Below are positions 9,401 through 15,200 of a stretch of DNA of 64,000 nucleotides, in pieces. Made by a program: the position numbers and the translations under genes. The stretch's first letter is position 1. Each line of letters opens with the position of its first letter. This DNA comes from a virus, in the IMG/VR virus record IMGVR_UViG_3300042880_000420, positions 32,001-96,000 of that record. The stretch is one strand, 5' to 3'. The notes below the pieces were generated by a model. It was not told the origin of the DNA. It searched no databases and saw nothing but the letters and a program-made list of their open reading frames with translations.

Positions 9401-12193
9401 ATCTAATTCAAATGTAGATTGATTTCTAACCACTTTGTTCCAAAAATCAGATGCTGTTTTGGCTAAAGCAGAATTTGTAACAACAAGATTGCCATTACTA
9501 AATTCTCTTTTAATTTGTTCTAAATAACTGGGAAGAATATAAGAATATTTACTCTTACCATCTGCCGTTTTTGTAGATGTAATTTTATATTTTGCAGGAT
9601 TTGCTTCATAATATATTTTGGCAATTTTTTTCATAGATGTACTCTCATCCTGAAAACCATATTGACCAATAAAAGGAGTCTCAATATTTTTTGTAAAAGA
9701 CTCAAGAATATTCTCTAAAAGATTTTTCTTTTGAAATAAAACATTGAAACCTGCTTTCTTTAATGTTTTAGGAAGTTTTTTATAAATAAATTTTATTTCA
9801 TTATCTGTAAAGTTTATACCAAGAACATTAAAAAATTCTTGAAACTTTTTTTGTTGATCTACATCTGATTTATTTAAACCTTCCTCAATAATATTTTTTA
9901 ATTCATCTAATTTTTCTTGTTTTGGAAAAAGATTATTTAAAGCATCTTTTCTGTAAAAATCTGATTGTTTATGTTGTTCTAACCATTCTTTAGAAATTTG
10001 TAAATCAACACTATCTCTATTTGTAGAAATGATTTTAGAATCTTTTACTCCAAACACTTCAGATCCAACTTTAACAAGTTTATATAACAGCAATGTTTCA
10101 ACTGCATAAGATTTACTTGCAACAGTTAAAATATCATTTATTTTTGCAAAATCGTTTGTCTCAACATATTTATTAATTTTATCAATTAAATTATTAAGAT
10201 ATTTTCTTTGCTCCGCTCTAATTGCAAGACCACTTAAAAATTGCGTCAGTTTAGTATTATCAGCAGTAAAGTTTGTTAAATCTATTTCTGATCCAACCTC
10301 TAAAATATCAGCAAATACATCATTTGGATTTGCATAGATGGGAATGCCGAACTCTGTTTTTCCGGTGTATATTGTTTGTATTAATGCTTTAACTCTAATA
10401 CTTGCTGTATCTCTAGGATTAGTTTCAAAAACATTTTTATCATATCTTTCACCTATTTCTTTTTGAGATATTTCTGCACTATCTTCACTTTGATCTTCTT
10501 CATTATTTGTATTATCTGTTACAATAACATTTTCTATTTTATTTTTTACAATTCTAAGTCCATTGCGAGCCAAATCAAGTTTTACAAAATCAACATATCT
10601 ATCAAATTTTTCAACAATATTTGTATATATAGTTAACGCTTTTTTTAAATCTTCATAAGAATTTATATATTTAAGTAAATCAAATTTATTAACCATTTCA
10701 GAATATACATCTAAGCTCTTTATAGCTTGATAGTCTTCTTCAGAAGTAATAAAATCATTTAATATACCTGCTAATTTATTTTGTATTCCAACAAATGTTT
10801 TTTTAGATTCATTAAACGCCTGTTCTGGAGACATTTTTAATTTTTTTCCAGGACCAAGATCTCCTAAATTAAAAAGAACCATTGTTTTAATAAAACCTGA
10901 ATATTTAATTTCATCAGAAGATCTGAGCAATTCAGGATTAATACCTTTAGATAAATCTTCTAAAGACTTAGTTTTTATAGAATATAATACATCTTTCTTT
11001 TCTGTAGTATTAGTTTTACCACCAACAAAATTCTTAAATCCTTCTATATCTGCTTTAGATGAAAGTATGTGTATTTGTTCTGGTTCAAAAACAGCTATTT
11101 CTGTTATATAATCTTTTTTATGAGCTTTTAAATAGTCATCAGATTCCATATCAGTGTAAAAAGCATCATAATTATTACTTTTTAATTCTTTAAACTTTTC
11201 ATTATCTATTAAGGATATATCATCAATAGATCTAGTATATTTTGGGTTTTTTACATTTAATAAACTTGGTAAAACCGCTTTGTTAGTTTTATCTGTATAT
11301 GTATAAACTCCATTTGAGTAACTTTCTGCTGTTTCTTTATTCTGAGTAAAATAAACACCATTTAATTCTATATTACTCATCTCTTCATCAATAAACTTAA
11401 ACTTAAAATCTGTATTTTTTAATATGTTTTTTCCATTAGGACTACCATGATAAACAATATCTTTTACTTTACTATCAGGAAATATGGTATCAAGATATTG
11501 AGAGTATAGTTGTATAGCTTGTTGTTTCTGTTGGGGGGTTATTTCTTTTTTTGCTACAGGTTTCTTAATATTGATTAATAAGTCTATATACTCAGAAAAA
11601 GCGGTATTAGTTATAGCGCTAAGTACATCTTTTCCTTTAAATCTATTTCCTTGTTTATACTCCTCAATATCTTTTCTTATACCTCTGGTTTTTATATCTC
11701 CTAGCCATGAATAAAAATCTCGACTACTTAAGAATTTTGAATCATCCTTATACTTATCACTACTAGCAAGTTTAGATTTAATGAGTGTGTACAGTTCTTG
11801 GTCAGTTGATTCATCTAAAATCTCAACTATTTTATTTAATCTATCTATATCATAACCATTAAGTTTATTTTCTCTATATGGTATATATTCATAATAATTA
11901 TCTCCAAAAGGAGGTAAATCATCGGGTAATCCTAATTCATCAATTTGATTTTTTTGTTTAAACCCTAAAGCTTCATATACTTGATTAGCTAACTCAGGAT
12001 TCTCATTGAACAGTTCTTCTACTCCTGGTTTAACTTGTTCTTTGTTTTCTGTTTCAAATACAGGTTCAACAATATCATAATTATCAGCCGATGGTATATA
12101 TCCATACGAATAGAATTCTCTATAGGCATTAGTTTCGCCTATTTTATCTACTAATAATTTCCATTCAGCACTTTTAATGTTAGGACAAATCAT
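1..12193 (-). CDS. Giant polyvalent virion RNA polymerase, crAss-like two-barrel RNAP (>4,060 aa, runs off the left edge). Fused domains in order: ART-PolyVal, RNAP core, SLOG, NADAR, macro-like, SF1B helicase, zincin peptidase
   Basis: ATG at 12193 (MICPNIKSAEW...). Absent from the ORF track, consistent with no stop before the window edge. Manual translation: LIGTRIPNQSHPSTLPIEVVGFLP...GQMGSDFDVDKLY (DFDVDK at 7034-7051), Walker A GRGGVGKT (2222-2245) and HELMH (185-199), all in frame with the ATG. Its position after two large cargo genes matches crAss-like phages (phi14:2 gp66-type RNAP). Confidence 0.93.
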   Translation of the reverse strand, partial: MICPNIKSAEWKLLVDKIGETNAYREFYSYGYIPSADNYDIVEPVFETENKEQVKPGVEELFNENPELANQVYEALGFKQKNQIDELGLPDDLPPFGDNYYEYIPYRENKLNGYDIDRLNKIVEILDESTDQELYTLIKSKLASSDKYKDDSKFLSSRDFYSWLGDIKTRGIRKDIEEYKQGNRFKGKDVLSAITNTAFSEYIDLLINIKKPVAKKEITPQQKQQAIQLYSQYLDTIFPDSKVKDIVYHGSPNGKNILKNTDFKFKFIDEEMSNIELNGVYFTQNKETAESYSNGVYTYTDKTNKAVLPSLLNVKNPKYTRSIDDISLIDNEKFKELKSNNYDAFYTDMESDDYLKAHKKDYITEIAVFEPEQIHILSSKADIEGFKNFVGGKTNTTEKKDVLYSIKTKSLEDLSKGINPELLRSSDEIKYSGFIKTMVLFNLGDLGPGKKLKMSPEQAFNESKKTFVGIQNKLAGILNDFITSEEDYQAIKSLDVYSEMVNKFDLLKYINSYEDLKKALTIYTNIVEKFDRYVDFVKLDLARNGLRIVKNKIENVIVTDNTNNEEDQSEDSAEISQKEIGERYDKNVFETNPRDTASIRVKALIQTIYTGKTEFGIPIYANPNDVFADILEVGSEIDLTNFTADNTKLTQFLSGLAIRAEQRKYLNNLIDKINKYVETNDFAKINDILTVASKSYAVETLLLYKLVKVGSEVFGVKDSKIISTNRDSVDLQISKEWLEQHKQSDFYRKDALNNLFPKQEKLDELKNIIEEGLNKSDVDQQKKFQEFFNVLGINFTDNEIKFIYKKLPKTLKKAGFNVLFQKKNLLENILESFTKNIETPFIGQYGFQDESTSMKKIAKIYYEANPAKYKITSTKTADGKSKYSYILPSYLEQIKREFSNGNLVVTNSALAKTASDFWNKVVRNQSTFELDYFNGIREQKGSQKGKIRKSLTPKDQIVTMFLQHQQNLNVGTYIAFTLSDKTTGMETRMTKEFFVDSETNPVGYKSDYNIVDDKIVYTSKLKRKIYNELVAPEVSRIISSMNNKSKINVENYDIASKLFYFLPNLNRNENLQEFRNDLYSGNFDLQQLANKYSELVGEAVLNELRTDVEKQIDELISLGIIKKDDRNNYTYPLFINGYNNNDYVNRFRQTAAKGRDMARLMVLDMKLNYLNSQIKTIQFLKFDPALNFKTKIKLQDKNISDLSSEEKVSIANSTWDEFSKRAAALIAPGTQGNWFWNRSNGKAYNDAGQDYITITSEDVKTTVKNINGDVLNKSEITDAQEFVTLQEHIDYLMSEGKIDLDSWESIYNKIKPGEYYELSEEEIKIVMSPVKPVYVYYSKIGDDASGLNRIDYVKSSRYPLIPQHEAGSERDKLRAWMEKNSVRSVNFASAKKLGRPSKSLKLFDENNNFIEPSKEDFEASKQLLSRSGIRNQQEVPEQKDEIATVTQMNRTLFDGLLNVKTFTFGNMSNVSGETGKKLKEAVRSKLFDIHANRLREELGNLNKTHENIYRLLKNVILNDTTGSYSEADLQAIELDPTTKKFKIPLEAQWALPKFQSLINSLINKNVMLKVEGTSFIQVSGVGAKYNFSKISKGVKSGIIWIDKYSDEFAKEDAKLKYIRQENGKTKAAQVIVSQYLRDEDGNLIDLSKYITEDKYGRKILNTSSFSEKMFQLIGTRIPNQSHPSTLPIEVVGFLPSYMENSIVVPDGITGQMGSDFDVDKLYAYISKFNYVDNKFNDVTYNLESIKDVANFTEDQLNQLYRDIHWEVLMNSATFSKITKSIDMPEVGDKVEMRKKQLEKYKLVEDITVNLPLDFMTSINRYIDNRSGKVGVGVFANLISAQADFQDKVMSLADAEDTPNPLQIKLSKDGEIIDLLYIGKLGESTSFIDKKRSISDNLNIMFTESVDNAKNQYLREFNWTEKAMSAVGFFAMLSDAKGQAAPIEFMMDLASQPAIVKLFELTEQKQDSFGAYDFNALINSSSEIQNTIIQTIDKEKYLPSGKTAESYFDVNNKERNSVIDAETLAETWIIGKAIAQKAGVEIFEQLAKDFKYDSVKDMMLTYYNTQYNAIDTFIRLENLGRELMIILGVVYPYTKGIGPNVFATKQKLYQLNKLSFTTNFSGINNIAGEIAKNDFTGDMEIDPVGEIGSAIANSLIFAQNDVYKQLFPISSGRHLESIVDVVLNFMGVDKSKLSKNSYETYYNTVFNSITSYIYTSPSFELFDNVILEREKLINGKTSIGFRTIELKQNPKYAKNGFLKNIDVEKDYSSETYTISFKAPFGQDIDVREVMSGFYELALDDSDEIKQLAKDFALYPYVTGDAGFIGRYIPIGYYNSDPEFNNAMKNFEKIYSDHISNDKSKLILIDQMVQNYPDTFSKSFNFTTRHTERGISDSTFKKVFKNIIKKESLKDVSNFTLKLADFPENDVKLKGIRQSLQVPLSDADSTYIRDKKLINIGFKYPAYILLSDEVVSDIPGVYNQFTSYLYKRTSDIATEDGSATYERVEILGYKNISEFDFNNPDLVSSIPMNNVNRNETTESEIEKPIAPAPITTQEGILNPADYTNHSGGAALSDTEWDQIGREFGVIEHKHYREPLEYIDTKGQAAKGSKTLDSKKLQTAGIKPTYIEQKDYNEGAQKATQAFRMMFTDAGNKSVRSAYIIRNWMQVKNADAIYALGTIKQPGENASDKAGETRIAAVPIVKGGTGYAVQMAINEGKPVYVFDGTKEGWYTYDYKVKNFVPTETPKLTKNFAGIGSRTLATEEVINKSLQAIRDVYENTFKSAQPTATTEVKPGVEISSNATGLAAALTNPTELAKSKGNLTQSYPVEFQGKTYKDAEAAYQALKSTATKDEGPNSTYNLMVNIITAKLQQHPRLVDEITNQGGSEWILNSTHQPTKQNSVWETGGNNWFIKSLNEAYENVTSVETTEPVKTYQGKIESLQPNQIFVFGSNPQGRHGAGAAQQAKNKFGAVQFVGRGLKNQSYALVTKNLTAGFVEKQTGIKYEKAGEKSLTPEQIQSNIKELYDFAKQNPDKEFLVAYRVDGKKNLNGYTDQDMADMFSAFPIPDNIVFEEEFSKLLSIKTTKPTQETEEEVIEEQPEVKSSVVEYGGKNYIIEGTMEDGYNVYFQAQGEKGQPVSDANLLSKVILTHEVNLHPDWVVTLTNIQNQPKYFVDLEGSIRSLQKTSFGDVIQSEDITKRVMSLYNDKSEIEVPVILTEETRPTPVIEETLAKPEKRINVPKGSNPNNNVIMETDDTIYLMNDGQQEAFNFIKNKVEELLANKKQIKAENLDETVIFTSPLTKQFNGLIPVDMWNNMIGLAGRGGVGKTTVIKAIMAAIEGKSKYTQPSIMYLAPTHTASTVLQESLGLDSEYANDGTVNTIAAHTRRNRMVDGILSLASEKEYINSTQFKPSMGRPDIIIVDESSMIGKKDISDMILRLKQDLNNGLISRLPVFIFMGDYRQLGPIGEQQSSDVNKGVISSTLLLDKNKTKELTQVMRSDNEQLHKMYDSIGNQIIKNINNLQSGAAVQKLSFENYDKLTNQSTENMLVVTNENGVIDDYTDYLINNNNPYGMFWVHYNNVEHANTKNIATKIRNEYFRKLEIDSSTPAHRLYTNQDYIIFDGKVEISTSDYEYTPSDNKIEKILSQQKYRVQDGKYKITKGAIKPGARFKVLDVFSNFENIENYVSPALMRYFNKGTKVEVEHTIVYNRQNRVRHIHKILGFEISGERNPKTGEFTYGKYNPITKQQEGIEIKNNKTGEIIAKFNLKYGDYIKLKSELDELNERFTPPYVPSYIGSSHTAQGNSIKNVIVGDYNIKRNLAANVNQDDIFSSMYVALTRTSGRLIIIKPAGSNIVNNQEVFLGAITDTNNSAPLNKSSELKSDIVEIEEEQEIEIVDFDDIFLKGLVANQIEEATTNIFGVDKKANTKTALNNLYKDAEPFYKEILSLVSKTGGVGNLQIIIDETLANPGTYNKFEKIIKVNPKLAFESDPENINALQDVIMHELMHHLTVNIIEMDKSKLTPEQRKWVMALENLFKTTQERILKDPKHAENLRNAINEVNKEDGVLS
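670..2430 (-). other. SF1B (Dda/RecD2-like) helicase domain within the giant RNAP protein
   Basis: Complete motif set in order: Q (NDGQQEA), I (GRGGVGKTT), Ia (LAPTHTA), II (IIVDESSMI), III (FMGDYRQLGPI), IV (LTQVMRS), V (SSHTAQGNS), VI (YVALTRTS). Confidence 0.9.
2980..3410 (-). other. Macrodomain-like (A1S_2505-type phage) domain within the giant RNAP protein
   Basis: QIFVFGSNPQGRHGAGAAQQAKNKFGA...SYALVTK...IKELYDFAKQNPDKEFLV...NGY; the N-x-x-G-x-H-G-x-G-A-A loop resembles the macrodomain ADP-ribose-binding loop. Confidence 0.6.
3450..3832 (-). other. NADAR (YbiA-like) domain within the giant RNAP protein
   Basis: YPVEFQGKTYKDAEAAYQALK...LMVNIITAKLQQHPRLVDEI...VWETGGNNW resembles the NADAR pattern G..Y...E..YQA.K / M.....AK..QHP.L / W....N. 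Confidence 0.65.
3870..4530 (-). other. SLOG-superfamily (YspA/MoCo-carrier-like) nucleotide-binding domain within the giant RNAP protein
   Basis: NHSGGAALSDTEW...IRNWMQVKNADAIYALG...KGGTGYAVQMAINEGKPVYVFD...FAGIGSR: SGGA, RN...AD and GGT..A...A...KPV motifs typical of SLOG domains. Confidence 0.75.
11030..11520 (-). other. ADP-ribosyltransferase (ART-PolyVal-like) domain within the giant RNAP protein
   Basis: YSQYLDTIFPDSKVKDIVYHGS (HGS 11441-11449)...NGVYFTQNKETAESY (11345-11359)...LLNVKNPK...YDAF...EIAVFEPEQIHIL (11072-11101): the H-G-S / G-x-Y-F-T / E-x-x-V-F-x-x-x-Q-I pattern of ART-PolyVal. Confidence 0.75.
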
Positions 12194-12206
12194 ATTTAAT
12201 TAATTA

Positions 12207-15200
12207 TTATGTATATTTAGATATGTTACAATCGTCTTTTTGTTCTTCTATTGTTTCATTAGAAACACCATTTTTAGAAAGAAATGCTAACATCTTAGCA
12301 GCCTTATCTAAATCAACAGGTGTATTCAATTGTTCTTTTGTTACTTCTGGTTTTTTTTCAATTATTTCTTCTACAGGATCAGATACAGGATTACCATAAG
12401 TATATTTTATTACTGGATTTGCAAAATAAACCCAGTCATCATTGTTGTTATTTGATTCGATTCCCTTTTCTAAATTGGTTTTCGCCCCATTCATAATATA
12501 CTGATTATATGTGATATTATTGGAAATAAGCTTACCATTTTCTACACCTAGTATATTTATTTTTTTTGTAGAATTAATACCTTTTAAACTATCATTTTTA
12601 GTGTCAGTATATCTAATAGATGTAAGTAAACCATCCATGTGTTCTAATATATTAGAAGGTGCATCTTTATCACTTCGTATTACAACATTAACATACTGAT
12701 CATTTAATTTACTTTGAAGTTTAATATTTCCATCATCAAAAATGTCTATTCTTGCAACATTTTCAGATAAGTCAGACCCACTTCCAGTTTTAGATAGAGC
12801 TTTACTATCTAAATTTGTTATATAATGGTTAATATATTTTTTAAGAATAACCATATCAGGTTTTTGACCAGGAATATATTCTGAACCAACTGCCTTATAA
12901 ACTTTATCAACTAAATCATTATTTTCTTCATTACCTCTAAATACACTCACTGCTTTTAAAATAAACTCCGATTGTTGTCTTGCAACATTAGGAAGTTTAA
13001 TAAATGTTGGAAAATAAACACCCGTTGGTGTAGGAACCATCAATAATGTGTATCCTTCATATTGCGAAAAATCATAATTAATTTCTGCTAATTTATTAGG
13101 GCTAATTTGCTGACCTTTATCAACTTCAATAAAACCATTACGTACTATTCCAAATACACCATGTCTGTTTTCCACTCCACCTTCTGAAACTTTAGGATTA
13201 ATTCTATCTTTTAATAATCCTGCTGAATTTACTGTAACAATTATTCCCATTGATTTATCTTCTATATTACCAGATAAAACAAAGGTAGGATTTTTAGCAT
13301 GATTATCCAACATAAGTTTTCTAAAAGCACGGTTAATCTTTAGCTGATTAACAAGAGTTGGAGGATTATCCATATCTCTTTCATTCTCAGGAATTACAAT
13401 ATTAACATATGTTTTTCCAATCTTTTTAGAAATCCAGTCTGGAGTGTGAACATTCCCTATTAATGTTTCTTTACCGTTTATTAAAGTGTATATTCCAATA
13501 TTTGCTTGATCATAATTTACATCAGGTTCAATCACTTTAAAATAAACTGATTTGCCCGGTAGAAATTCTGGAGTTGCAATATAAAATACATATGAATTAT
13601 TTACATCGCTTCTCTCATATCTTAATACGTTAGGAGAAACTTCCACCACATTATAATTATGTGTTCTTTGAGCTAAAGATAAAGCGGGTGCAACTTGTTT
13701 AAATCCTTCTTGAAATTTAACGTCAGAATTTTTACTTATATCATCAAGTGTTTTCTTTGTTCCAGTAAATACTTGATTAATATCTTCAACAACAAACTCT
13801 TCTTCTGTAGTTGTAATTTCTTTACCACCTTCTAAAGCAGCTAGTTCTGCATCATAATTGTCTAGTAAGTTTTTAGAAGCGATATTATACAAAGTAGTAA
13901 ACTCAGGAAAACTTATTGTTTTTCTATTAATAACAATACCTGTTCCATTAGAACTAGGGGTTTCCCATTGTCCAATATAAAAAGTTTCTGATTCAGAAAT
14001 AAGACGTGTATTTGCAACTACATCGTTTAAAGTTTTTACTCTACTTTCTAAAGATGGAATATCTGCTTTGTTAGCTCTAGGATTAGATTTGATTTCTTCT
14101 AATCTTTTTTCAGTATCAGCTAAGTCTTTTTCAGCTTGTCTAAGCTTTTCACTTGCCTTATTTTTTACATCAGCTCTAGCATCTGTAGAAACAGGAGCTG
14201 GTTTTTCTTTTTGAACAACCCTTGTGACTGTTATTTGTTCATTAGTTTCTGCATCATAAAATTTACCGTCTTCTTTTTTAAGAAATGAATATATTTCACC
14301 GTCAATGTCATCATTAAATTTATAATAAATAATATTATTTTCGGCTGTTATTATTGTAATAGGCCTGCCATTTATTTTTAAATCACCTTCTTTTTTAGTT
14401 TCCTCTTTCTTTTTTTCTTTCTTAATTTCTTCTTTTTTGGTTTCTTCTTGTATTACAATTTCTTCTTCTCCTTTATAAATAAGCTTATCTGATTCTTCTT
14501 TTATTTCTCTTGCTTTATCTAAATCATCAACAATAAAAACCACATTACCCGTCGGAGTGAAAACACCATACATACCATTTGCTTCTACAATAAAATGCTC
14601 ATCAGATTTAACAAGACCGGCTTTAATCTGTTCTTGTGCTGAATCATAAAGCATTTGATAATATGCAAGTTGAGAACCAACAATCATTCTTTCATACACC
14701 TGATTAAAATATTCAGGATTAGAAAGCATATTTACAGCATCAACGTGTTGTTGAAATTTGTTATTTAATTTTATATAATCATTAAAGTCAACAAAAAGAT
14801 CTTCAACTTCATTTATATTAATTACAGATTCTTTTCCAAATTCTTTATTTTTTAATTCAAGATAGGATTTAAATGCTTCATAAGATTTAGAAACTTTAAT
14901 TTCATCTATAAGTTCATCTTTGTTATTTAACCAATCGGTAATTGCTTGTTTTTGTTTTTCTTTTAATTCAATTTCATTTCTTAAATCTTTTTTACTTTCA
15001 TCAGAAATACCTTCAGATTTAAGTTGTTCTTTTTTAGTAGATATTTCAATTTCTAATGTCTTTATTTCTTTTTCTATATTAGCATCAGAACCTAAAATAT
15101 TATATGCAGATGCTAGAGAAGACCCAAGAGTTTTATGAGAACTTGCTTTACTAAAAAGTTCTCTTGATCTATCAATTGCATTTGTTGCTTTAAATTCATT

